Position numbers and translations under genes: made by a program. This document shows positions 25,201-37,100 of a DNA stretch of 64,000 nt, one piece after another (the first letter of the stretch is position 1; every line of letters begins with the position of its first letter). Where the stretch lies: contig DF237454.1 in the NCBI GenBank assembly GCA_000708835.1, positions 1 through 64,000 of the forward strand, given 5' to 3'. This stretch comes from Klebsormidium nitens. Its lineage: Eukaryota > Plantae > Klebsormidiophyceae. Below the pieces are notes generated by a model, which did no database searches, was not told where the DNA came from, and saw nothing but the letters and a program-made list of their open reading frames with translations.

Positions 25201-26687
25201 GAGCGAACCGGCCACCTCCGAATGTTCCACCGACCACTCCGTCGACTTGGGTGTCCCCGCCCTCCTGTTCGGTTCCGGGCTTGGGGGATCCCCCACGCTC
25301 GGAGGCCTAGCCGGGCCCTGCGCCCCGGCCGCGCTTGGATACGCCCAGTTCTTCAGGGCGTTCAAAAGCACGACGTATCAGGTGAAGTGCCCATTCTTTA
25401 CAAAAGCAGAAGCTTCTTGGGCTTGAGTATTTTCTGCTTTTGGACGCAACAGTACTGATCGGTCCTCCTCTTCTTTCTCTCTTGTCGGAGTTGGTTCGTT
25501 TCGTTGTGCTCGTGTTCCGTACTGTCTGAATCAGCGAAGCAAGTAACTGAACTGCATGCGGGCTGCAGCAACGGCGATGCGTATGACCTGATGTGAGGTG
25601 CCTTCTCTAGTTGTGTGCTTGGAACGGTTAAGACGCGGCACAAGCGCGCCGTGCGACTCTGGCCTCCTGCAGTCGCTGAAGTCAGTGCTTCCCTCCGTAG
25701 TGACGCATTCGAGCGTTGAACGCAAGCCGTTGGTCGTGAGCGAGCGTGCTAGTGTGACAATTCTCAAGGGACCGCTCCAATCGTTAGGCGAAGGAACGTG
25801 CAAGCCGAGCATCGGACATCCCCTCAATTCTTTCTTCCACCCTTCTCCCAGTTCGTGGCCAAGGACTACGGACACATGGACATTCTGGACGGGAAGAAGG
25901 AGGGTTGTCCGTCGTTCTCACGTTTCAAGAATTGTTTGGCGACCAAGGTGTGCCCGGGGTGTGGCCCCGGGCGGAGCCGCGGGGAGCTGAGAAGCTACCT
26001 GGGGGATCTGCTGGTCGCCTTTCTGGACTCTTCCTTAAAAGTAAGGCGCTTCTTCCCAGTGCCTCCTTGTATCGCGTCACAAGATGGTCGGAGGATCGCT
26101 GTTCTCAATATTGCTTGAAACGTTGCCCAGCATAGAACTCGGAAAGCACGTGAAGTCAGAAGCTACCTGGGAGACCTGCTGGTCGCCTTTCTGGACTCTT
26201 CCTTGAAAGTAAGGCGCCCTTCTGCCTTCCAAGAAGGACTTGGAATGGGTCGGCGAACGGATCTGACTACGTTCAAGCCGATCCAAATGACTTGAACATC
26301 CCGTTGCGAAGTTGTTCGGTACGCGGTGAGGTTTGAAGGGCTACAAGAAGGTGCCTACTTGCTTGTAATCGTTTCGATGACCACGAGGCATTTGCCGTTT
26401 TCTGGCTTCGGTTGCAGGGCTGGCGTCGATTGTGCAGGTTGCTTGATTGCCTAACTATTGCCGCGTTCGACCGAGGATGCTGGCGATTGAGTCACTTAGA
26501 TTTTGTGTTTACGCAGAACAAGCCCGGGGGCTTAGAAAAGCTGAGAGTGGAGTGGGAGAGCGCTCCCATTGCGGTCGAACAGCCGAAGGTCTATGCCAGC
26601 CCCAGTTCGGAACCGGGCCGGGGACCGGATCAGTCCACGTCTCACTATGAGAGTCCAACGAGAGTTCTAGAGCCGGCATCAGTGTAA
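22250..26687 (+). CDS. CLH: Chlorophyllase (alpha/beta hydrolase); 7 exons, about 377 aa
   Basis: Exons 22250-22471, 23367-23450, 23932-24079, 24486-24619, 25196-25381, 25852-26040, 26517-26687, all phase-compatible. Motifs: PPKQLRL..P..YPVLIFQHG, HVASRGYVVIAPQ, GHSRG (catalytic Ser), LDPVDG (Asp), GSGLG..CAP, AKDYGHMDILD (His). Confidence 0.9.
22958..23012. repeat. 28-bp tandem duplication in chlorophyllase intron 1
   Basis: atgtaatttgtctcggcaaaagtggtg occurs at 22958 and 22986. Confidence 0.9.
24878..25135 (+). repeat. Two degenerate intronic copies of the acceptor and 5' half of chlorophyllase exon 5
   Basis: ccaagcccccattctgtgcagcgcccgagc (24878) and ccaagccccctatttgtgcccaagcaaacaggccacatccgaatgtttcagcgaccactccgtcg..ggcttgggggatctcccc (25016-25135) mirror tcaagccccccatctgtgcag|cgcccgagcgaaccggccacctccgaatgttccaccgaccactccgtcg..ggcttgggggatcccc at 25175-25292. 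Confidence 0.85.
26158..26222 (+). repeat. Intronic copy of the 3' end and donor of chlorophyllase exon 6
   Basis: agaagctacctgggagacctgctggtcgcctttctggactcttccttgaaa|gtaaggcgc matches 25990-26049 (offset 168). Confidence 0.92.
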
Positions 26688-28298
26688 CTGAGAATGTTTG
26701 ATCAGGGTCGAACTGAGCATGTAGTGATTGAACATATAGTGATAGCCCGATGCAGAATCTCCACAATGGGTGCAAGCAACGAGGCCGATTGGACCTTCCG
26801 CGTCCGTCGCAACACGTCGACTCTTTGGGCTGTTCCCCGAGTTAGGACGGACTGTCAATTTAAGGCTGAGGACTGGTCCCAGAGCTTGAGCACGCCTTTC
26901 ACGTCGATCAGCTAGTAGGTCGGCGTGATCAAGCAAAGAGAGCGGGTCAGAAATAGTTTGGAGATGCACCGCATGCCAAGCATGAAGCCTATATATGAAG
27001 ACCTGCGGATCGAGGTGGTGATTGCGTCTTGTCAGACCGTCCAACTTGTTGCCTGCACGCATTATCATGATTGATCGATGCCTTAATGTGAATCATGCTC
27101 AACTCGATGTCCCCCGGCCCATGTCGGGACTGCATGGGCGGCCGGCAATGATGCGTTATATGATCATGTGTTGAGCTAGCTTCTTCTGTTTTCTGTTTTC
27201 GTCGGACATGGACGCTAAGGCTCTGAGTCTAAGTAGTTGAAATGAGTCTGGCCCCAAGATATTTTTCACGGCATCCAGCTGATAACTTAGTTCCCGCGAC
27301 GGTACCTTCGACAATTGAACTCGGCAAAGAGTCCCAACTTTTCAATCACAAGTACGTTGCGCCGCGCTTTAGGCCCGTGCACACAATCATCCCGCAAGAA
27401 ATTCGTGCTGCGCCAAGAACTCAGTCCTCACTCAGTCCTCACGATAATGTCGCGACGTAAATGTCAATTTCACAGCGTGTTTTCCAGGGTTTCTCTGTGC
27501 AAATTCATTACTTTGACATATTCACGCCTGGGCAGAGCTCTACTGTGTGGAATTCAAGTTCGTAAAAAGCGTCGGAGCTCATCAGGGGGATGTCCTGAAG
27601 ACAGCCACCGCACAGAAAGTGCAGGAAGGTATTGCTCAGCTTTGCACAAACCGGGCGGGCGCGATCCATCAACGATTTGCAAACAATTTCTTCCTGTATA
27701 AGGGGACTTTTAGTATACGGCATATTCGATTGAATGCAGTTAGTGAGCGGGGAGCTGCTAATGCGACGTACTTCATCATGCTGCTTGCTGGCACCACGTC
27801 ACCAGAGGGTTTGACATCACTATGTGAATGCAGGTCTGGTTGCGGGGACCCTTTTCCTTCTACCGCACACTTTCGAATATCCTTGTAAATCATTCATATG
27901 TACAGCCTGTCGTAATATTCAGTCAGAAACGATGCAGGAGGACTTTATGGTAGGTTTGCAGTGATGCTGCAAGGGCGTTCGCTCGGATTTTCGATCAGAC
28001 GGTGGCCTTACCGACTCTGGCTCTGGCGAGCACCCGATCCTTGTGCCAGTTATCATCATAACGGTTATGTCCTTTCGTGTGATTATCAAAGGAAAGTAAG
28101 CTCGTCTAGCAGGAAATACCAGAGAGTCAATACGTACATCGCACAAAGTTTTATTTTGAGACAAGAGTCGTTCTCGACACCTACAAGCCTCCCTTCCTGT
28201 GTCCAGCTCGCTCAGGCTCGCCCACCGACCGTTTGACAGGGACACGTTTGGACAGAAATTAGCTCCTGAACAGACTCTATAACCCAGAAACCGTGACG

Positions 28299-30212
28299 TC
28301 ATCCTTGCCCCAAAGTAGCCTCCTCGCATCTTGCACTTTTTGCTATCTGTGCAAGGCTCGAAAGCTGCTCTGCGTTCAAAGCTTCCCAGAAGGCCTTGTC
28401 TGAATTGAGCTTCTCAAAGGTATCCCCAACCGTGTCTCTGATTTTCTTATCGAGCATTTGCACGTCGGACCCGTGCTCCTTGGAAACGAACTCGAGCCAA
28501 GAGCCGACGGAGTCTAGAGTGACCACTGCCATGTCCGAGATGTTCGAGCACAGAGAAAGCAGTCCGCAAGCGTCCGCCAAAGAGAAGAGCTCCTGCAAAG
28601 AAAATTTAATCATCTAGGATGCTGTTCTTACAAGAGCTCTTGTCAGAAATTTCTTTCTTTGCCAAAGACGCTCTTACGGATGAAGGGAAAAACTTGGCAT
28701 GAGATTGCGAAAGCTCCTTTTATGCTTTGTGGGCACTCTTGGGATAGAGAAAATTCACACCGCATGGTTCTCAATCCCTAGAACGTGACATTCTACTGAA
28801 GGCAGTTTCAGAAGCTCGCCACGAGACCACATTTGAGGCTCGCCCATCAGAATCATCTCGGCGTTCTGTCAAAGCGCCACCATTTCGATTGTTATCCATT
28901 TATCGATCAATTTGAAGTTCTATGTATCCTATCATTACCTGCATCATGAGAGCGTCCGTTGGGCTGAGCTGTCGCAGCGACCACGCGCCTCCGTACGCGT
29001 ACTTGAGAAACGCCTCCACGGCGTCCCGGGTCACCGGGCACGGCAGGCTGAGCTCCAGCTTGTTGGTGAGGGTCCACCCGGGCCCCGACCAGTCGTCCTT
29101 GAGCCTGGTTCTAAAGTAGGGGATGCTGGCCAAGACCGCGGAGTGGGCCGGGACCTTGGAACCGTCCTGCGTCGACAAAAAAGATCGGACACGTCACGTG
29201 CTCGGGAGGGCTTCAACGAGCTTCCAAAGAAATTGCGAGGAGGGATAATGTTGGTGATTAACACGATATTTATCAGAAAATGGAGATTACAGCATCTGGA
29301 GCCTGGAAAAGCAGCAGTCAGACCCTCACTTTCGAGACTGCCTTTGAGCGCTTGAGGATGGGAATTCAAATTGTCGCCTAATCCAGCCCACAAAACAAAA
29401 AGCTGCATATGACCCAGCAGATTGAAAGATCTTTTAAGTAGGAATTCCTCTAGGGCTTTCGCATCGAACCCAAATGGGTCTCAAAATCGCAAAGCACGTG
29501 CGACGTCTCATGTGGTCTCCGTCAGTCAGTAAGAGCCTACGGATCTAATGACCAGGGGTAGAAGTCCCACCTTGCAGACGAGCTGGATATCCCCCGTCTG
29601 TTCTGCTTCGTCCAACAGAGAAGCCTTGAGCAAGGGGCTCTTCGAGTCGCTGAAGAAGCAGACAAGAAAGGGCTGCTCTGTCTGGTGGTAGAAACTCAAG
29701 GAGTGTCGGACAGCTATCTCTAAATCGCATGGATAGCCTGTTGGGGGCTGCAGCTGGCACTTTCCGTTCTGCGGCATCTGCACAGACCCTAGCTCCTTTG
29801 CACCCTTTCCTTGCAGCCCAGTTGCCTCGTGAATAGTAAGACCCTTCACCGTACATTTGTAGGCGCTGGAAACCTTCCCGTCTGCATCGGGCTCCTCGAG
29901 TTCAACAGTCGCTGAAAGGGGCTTCTCAATCTTGAGACTTGTTCTTTCGAAGGTGAGAAAAACTGTGCCCAATGCGCTTGCGACTCTCCCAAGCTTTTCG
30001 TTTTCCGGTTTGCGGAGAACGTAATCGCGAGAAGCGTGAACAAAAGGTGGAAATTGCTCTAATCTCAGTGAATAGAGAGCTGTCACGTCCAAATTTTGGA
30101 AGCTTTCGAAGCTTGTCTGGGTCAAAGTGCTCTTCATTGGGTCGAATTCTGACCAGTAAAAAGAGATTTGGATGCTATGAGAGTCCACTGGTTCCCTCGC
30201 CTTTTGCGCCAT
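28299..30212 (-). CDS. BTB/POZ-domain protein with an unassigned 200-aa N-terminal region; 3 exons, about 387 aa
   Basis: Exons 30212-29571, 29166-28939 and 28592-28299, all phase 0. The BTB signature GDIQLVCK|DGSKVPAHSAVLASIPYFRTRL...W...VEAFLKYAYGG is followed by ELFSLADACGLLSLC. The start codon and final exon are less certain. Confidence 0.8.
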
Positions 30213-31629
30213 TCCGAAGACAAACGGTTGTGTGCCGAGACCGAGGACCTTGATCAGTCAGGGTTCCGCGACTCGCTCTGCTACAGCTCCTTAGGAGACA
30301 CGAAAAGGCGGTGATCGTATGCTTTGATTTCTTCAATGTTGGCAGCTTGCGCATTGAAGAATGTTCCTTAAAAATGCAAGCATGTCATTAGATATGAAAG
30401 GGCTCTGATCTGTAGCATCTCGGTACGTTCACGGAATATGCATGCGCACGTGAAGAGACCTTGATAAAAAGGAGCCCCGGTATCCAGAGTCCTTCCTTCT
30501 GATGACGCTTGTTTCCGTGAAGGATTCGTGATCAAGTCCGTGAAGTCGTGGCCCCTCCCATGCTACAAAGAGTCCCAGCTTTCATGCGCAACGATTGTCC
30601 TGCATGCGTTGCAGGGTGTTTTTACAGCCTCGTGTCGGCATTTCCAGCCAATCATCATCAGATGTCTGAATCTTTGCAACGAGTATGCGCAGGCGCTACG
30701 GCAAACTGATCGAAGCACAGAGTCAAAGTCACTTGATAAAAGAAGCAGCCTACCTAACCGCTTTCGTCGAGCAACTGCAAACACAAGGTGCACATCCGTC
30801 TCATACTTTCGAAAGTCATCAAAATTGGAGGGCGTGCTGAGCTTGCATACCCGGCTATCCCAACTGCAAAGATGCTGCAAGACGAAGGGACATTCCTAGT
30901 CGACTAGCCAGTCCGATCAAATCGACGGGGCGTAGCATGCTGCCAGCTGGGACCGTCGCGGCCGCGCGCAGTGAGCCCCCGCGGCAAGATAACGTAGAAC
31001 CCCCGAAACCCCGGGGCAATATGAGGGGCACGCAAGAGCACGCGGCCGGCACGGCGGCCCTACGTCACCGTGACGGAACTGTACCATCACTTTTGCGGAA
31101 GCGTAGATGTGAGCGTGGTCAGCGCGACGTCTAACGCCTGGCAGGTCATCTGCCGCTTGCAGGCTTCATTCTGCAGCTCATTTGGTCTCTTCGACTCACG
31201 GAAAGACGCAGGCCGGTTCTAATAGAAGGGGCGTTCGGCAGTTTGTTTGCGGTCCTGCCTTAACACTTTGAGTTCAACGCCAGCCTGTTCCTTGAAGGTC
31301 GCTCTGAAGTGCTCGCAGCAAATCAAGTGGGCCTTCAAAGAGTGTTCAACTGCTCTTCGCTTCCTTTACTTTGCAGCGCTTCATTCGCTGGCGGCAGCCT
31401 GCCAGGCCGGCACAACGGAGAAGATCGACCAGCTCTTTAAGCAGCCTCAGAGTAACAGATTGTGAAGCGAGAGAACCCAAGAGCTCTCCAGGTTGTGACA
31501 ACCTAAGATCAGCGCAAAAGTCACGAGAAAGCCCCAAGCAAGACGAGTAGTTGGAGGCCTCAACAAAGAGAGATAAAACATGGAAGGGGTGGCGATCAAA
31601 CTTCGCGGGAGTGCTCGGCAAGCGGGGCC

Positions 31630-32679
31630 ATGACGCCTGACCTGAGGATCCAGGTCGTTTCTGATCTTCATGATGAGGAGAGCAGAGGAAACGCCACAAG
31701 GATCCCTGTGAAATGAGTGGTTAGCAGTCGTTGAACAGGTTGACCGCTAACCACGCCGAGCTCCAGCATGATTAGAAACCGCAAACATGGTCGAGAATGG
31801 TTATAGAGTGGTTAGCGACCACGTTAAGCAGCCAATCCTTCCTGTGAAAGCCCCCGTTCTGGCTCTGCGTGAAGACATAGGCATCCCATCCACCAAGATT
31901 TACGCGAGCTTCTTGAAGACCGTGTCGCAAATTTTTGACACCGTGCTGGTTTTAGCGGGGAATCATGAGTTCTATCTAGATAAGAACGGGGGTAGAGAGA
32001 GAGTATGGGCAGAGGAAAGAGGAGATCAAGGAGCTGTGCGCGCGTTTTGCGAACGTGCATTTCTTGGATTGCGCGAGCGTTCACCTCAAGGGGGTCACAG
32101 TCCTGGGCTGCACGCTAAAAATGGAGCCACGTGCCTTCCTCTACAGAATCAGACGTCATGAAGGACTTAGAAGACTACGAGAAAATAATGATCTGTGACG
32201 CAGACACTAGCTATATAAGGTCGCTCACTGTGGCTGACACCAACTCTTTCAATGCATGCGAGGTCGCCTTTCTCCGGAGGGGAATTGCGGCGGCAGCGGC
32301 GAATGGGCGAACCGTGCTAGTGCTAACCCATCACGCCCCCCTCATGGCGGGAACCTCCGCACCGTGGCATCCGCCTAACCAAGGCCTTAACCACGCGTTT
32401 AGGACAGACCTGAGTGACCTGATGGGCAGCCCGGTGGCTGCGTGGATTTATGGGCACACGCACTATAACCCGAAAGGGTTACAGGCTAACGGGACTAAAG
32501 TGCTGGCAAACCAGAAGGGTTACAGTAAGGAAGACACGGGTCGACCTTTTGACCCGGGCCTGGTGCTCTACGTGAAGAGACTGGTGGAGACGAGCGTCGA
32601 AACTCAATGGGCGAGGAATGGTGAACATTCAGTCCCCATTGATTCCGGAAAGGGGCCTCGAGATGCATGGACGGCTTGA
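31630..32679 (+). pseudogene. Calcineurin-like metallophosphoesterase, interrupted (pseudogene or homopolymer sequencing errors)
   Basis: All five motif blocks are present in order: RIQVVSDLHDE (31645-), ALREDIG (normally GD), LAGNHEFY, LTHHAP and WIYGHTH, then LANQKGY. The frame is broken by a stop at 31714 followed by a duplicated cctgtgaaa segment, a +1 shift at the G5 run (31988-31992) and a +1 shift at the A5 run (32117-32121). Correcting them gives ...DKNGVEREYGQRKEEIKELCARFANVHFLDCASVHLKGVTVLGCTL(K)WSHVP... Confidence 0.75.
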
Positions 32680-34199
32680 GGTCCATGTGTAGCTTGAGAT
32701 TATCATCCTCTGAAATGTGGAACTTGATTGACTCTCGGGATCAAGCTAGGCGGGGGAGCAAACAGGACTTCTTGAAAGAAAGAGACGAGCAGACCTTTGC
32801 ATCCCCATTGAACAACGCCCAATATCTATTGTTGACATCCGAGATAGCAGAGAACTGCAAAACTTAGCCAGTATCGAGTAGGACATCTGCCACGATTGAT
32901 AAGTACGATCGGTGCCTCTTAAAAATATATCTGAATGCGCGAATGGCCGGGCGCAAGATCGTATGCATGTTAGCCTAACATAGTTGTGCCTTCAGGGCTG
33001 CGATCAGTCTTTCAGTTTCATTCCAGCTAGTTTAGAAGAGTCATTGACCACTGAGTCGCCTGCGGCGCGCGTCACTACGGCGTAGCTGCGGCCGGATGCA
33101 GCGACTTTGAAAGAGCCGGCCCATGGTATATTTTTTTGGGGCTATACGAAACAGCACAATGATAGATCAGTGTCACTGTGCATGCCAATTTGTAGTGTAT
33201 GCTCAATCCCAGTACACATGAACCGGGTCGGAGTGAATATATGAAGATGACGTATAGTCGCGGATTGAGCGGAGTGAGCTGCAGTGCACAAGTTGCATGA
33301 CGATTTCAATACTAACACGCCCTTAGTAGGTGCGACTGGCAGTGCTTCTGCACTTATGCCTGCAAGGGGCAAGCCTGGGTTTCTTGCTGAATTGAATTGT
33401 AGTGGCCTGGCCGGCACGTATACATACTCATGCCTACGCTGCAGACTGACTCAATGTGAGAATATGATTCTGACGTTATAACCGTACAATTCAATGCATC
33501 GAACTGAACAGTCTCAGTGCAATTGGGTCTTTCAACCAAATGGACAGGCAACTACCTAGACTCCTCTCATGAGGCCGTATCATTCACCTGCTTGCAGCAG
33601 ACTTCTCGCTTCTTTACACCAACAATTACAGACATGCAATATGTTTAGTTCAACTTACACGAACTTAGTACTAAACGTTTCCAAGGTCATCATTGTATTG
33701 ATGTACAGAAGCGCAATTTGCGGTGGTACATCTGAGACGCGTGGCTCCGTCGCCTATTCAAGAAAGACACTGTGGAGGAACTTTTGAACGGGGTTTCGGT
33801 GCTTCGGCTGTCCTGGAGGCGGCAATTCTGCGATCAGCGACAACAGAGAAAGGTCCATCAATGCGAGGAAAACGCAAGGACAAAGCTTACAAACGTTGGA
33901 CCACTTGGAATAGAGGACGCCGGTGCGAGCAGAGGCCGCGGCAGGTGAAAGACTTGAGGATACTGCCACTCTTGTTCTGAGAGAGAGCACGGTCAAGCTA
34001 TGTCTCTCCAGTCCGAAGCCGCATGCTTCGAAATCTCAGCCCCTTGCGTGTGAAAGCTAGAGCCGACAGGCACCATCCGCGTCGCTCAACAGTATCTAAC
34101 TAAGAATAGGTGTGCCGACAGTGAAGGAAACCGACCGACTGTCATCAGCAAGTGTGTCGCCAACCGACAGAAGAACTCGACGCACGCTGCGATATCGCA

Positions 34200-37100
34200 T
34201 CAAAACAAGAGGCTCCTCATCAAGAGACTGACAGCCACTGTAAGATAACTCAGGGGGCCCAGATCAAGTTCAATTTCGATATATTTGGGCACGTTGAAAA
34301 ACATAACACGTGAAACGTTGGTGGGCTCACCAGACGCTGGGTAGATTGAGTTGTAATGAACGTCGGCCCAGAAGCTGAGGTACAAAACTGCAACAGTGAC
34401 GCCAAACAGATTTAGTATGGGGTCTGTGACTTGCAGGAAATATGCACCAGTGCAGTCACGGAACGAGGAAGAGCTGAAAATGAGCGCGAGCTCGCCTTTA
34501 CGAGGAGCATTTGGCTGATTTGACGAAGCCTGAGCGTCAATGAGGAGTCGACGGTTGACAAAAGAGCGCGGCTGCGTTGTTTAAGTAGTCCGTTGGAGCC
34601 CGGCCACGATTGTATGCCGGAAACAAGAGTGTCAAGACCAGGCCGCAAGCGCTCCGGGCTGTGAATGGCTTCTCACAGACCTCAAAAGTAGCCAGAGAGT
34701 ACCATGTTGTAAACTGCGATGCACGTGAATCCTCGTGTCTGTAACGTAAGGTCTAAAGAGTGACGTGTCCCTGCCCTTGTCACGAGAAGCTGCCACAGAT
34801 TTTATAGGGTTGCGCGATCAAGGCGTCACGTTCTAAAGGACCAGAACTTGTAAGCAAAGATGCGATACTCACCTCTTTGCGACTTCGTCTCCCGAGGCTC
34901 GATCTGGATGAACCCGTTGTCCTTGAAGGTGGTCAGCAGACTGATCTTCAGACCGTACTGCACAGCGCCCGAACATCGATCAACCAGATATCTATTGAAA
35001 CAATAGCTTTCAAATCTTCACGATGCAGTATAGAGGAAGCCATAAGACGTTAAGATAAGAGCCACCGATTGCTGTGGCTTTGTGGCTTCGCCCTCGCAAG
35101 CAGAAGATGGTGTTGTTTGCAGCGGTCAAAAAGGGAATAAACCGGTGGATTTCACCAAAGAGACTACTACGATCGTCCAAGAAACACTGTACATGGCTGC
35201 ACATAAGAGTGACGCATTCTCGATCACTTTCTGCCGTCACAGACTGTAAAGCCTATTGGAACTTCTTCCAGAATATAGTAAGCAACAACGAAATATTCAA
35301 TGAAGCAGACAATCATGTGCGCCCTAGCTTTGACAAATTCGGCGACAAGGTCGCCTGCCGTTCCCTGACGGCGAGACATAGGGTAAGACCAGCATCTGCT
35401 GTCACTTACTCGGTCGGCGGCTGCTTGGAGGGTGATGTGATCGCCCCACTCGCCGTCCCTGCAAGATGCACACCCCCACTGAGCACCCCTCATTGTGAAG
35501 TCAGCATGACCCATCGTTTTTAAACTCTTTGGGCTCCTTCAGAACACCATTTGGAACGATCAGAACCGACCAGTACGGTTCTCCGACGTATCAAGTAGCA
35601 AAGCGAGAAAGAAACGGGAAGTTGCACAGAAGTCGCGGTTGAGGGCGACTTACGTCGCCAATCGCTTGAAGTAGTGCTTGTAGTCCTCGTCAGAGACGTA
35701 GGCTTCGTAGAACTGGGGGTGATACTTTAACTGCACGGGCAACAAGAGTCAGCCTTCACCCCTGGTATACAGGAGTGAACTGACGGCAAACTAACGTGAC
35801 CTTAAACGGATCTACGAGGTGCCAATCTCTCTCGAGCTTCTAAGCAGCTTTCTCCAAGCAAGCCCCCGTCCAAATACAGCCGACGGTGCCCAACCTGAAT
35901 GCTCTTGCTCTTTTCAATTGCGTCCTTTGTGCTGTTTTGAGTTGTGTCCTTAAACCAGACACATCCGACGCTAAAACGTTCGCGGTGGGCAAAGGCAACT
36001 GCGCCTGACCAGCAACACCAGCATATTTCCACTGAAAGGATTCCCCTGGATCTATGCAACTACCCTGTGGCAGTCCTCCGACACAAACCCCCCGGATCTG
36101 CGACGTTGAAGACATCTGCCAAACTGAGTAGTGTCGAGCTAAGCTAAACGTCCAAACCCCGCACTATCGAACAGGATCAGAGGACCGTTCGTCAGTGTGG
36201 TTTGGTGAACGAGCCGATGCCAATCTCTCACGTACTGCTCCACTACTTTTTCAGATCTTTGTCGCTTTTGACGGTCTCTGCATTTCAGGCTCCAAAAAGC
36301 CGCCCGTTCGCAGGCACCCCACTCCCTTACCTGCTTGTACACCGCTTTCCGGACGTGCTCGTGCTTATCTGGCGTGTGGTACAACTGGTCCGACAGCGCG
36401 CGGAACTGCAGAGTGGCAGGGCGCGACCGATCAGGGCACAAGCTTCGGGCTTCGATCGAGGGTCGAAAGATGGTGATGGAGTTTCAAGAAGGCGTGCATA
36501 GACACACCGAATCTAGCTCATTCAGCTTCATGTCAGCATGCTTCTTGGTTGCGCTGAGGTCGGCGTCGGCATCAAATCCGCACTGTCCTTTGAGCCTAGC
36601 CGTCTTACTTCATAGTTATCAAATGGCTATGAACTTGCGAGTTCCTGAACTAATCATGAGGGTGCCCATCAACCTCCTCGTTCTTCTGGGTACTGGGGAT
36701 TGACGACAAGAGAATAGGAGACCGCATAAAAAACATGCCGGCGTCTATGGTGGCCCGATTGCTTGAATTTTACACTCTGATTTCATGCCGGTGGGAATTC
36801 CGTTCGTAGAAAACTTGTACTGTCCCCCCGAACAAAAGCTGATTGAATGGTATACCTGAAAAAGTGGAGCAGGACTCACCTGACAATTGCCATCTCCTGC
36901 CACGTGTCGCTCTGCCAGCCCGTAAGCCTTCAACCTGGACACAAACCGCCAACGAAGTGAGCATGACCGACAAAAAGTTTGCATCAAAAGGAATCAATTG
37001 ATCGGAAAATCGATCGAGCACAGGCATCGAACTTTGCGGAGTAGTATAAGGTGACATTCGGATGAAGTCGACCAGTCTAACAATCTTGTGTCGCTCATTT

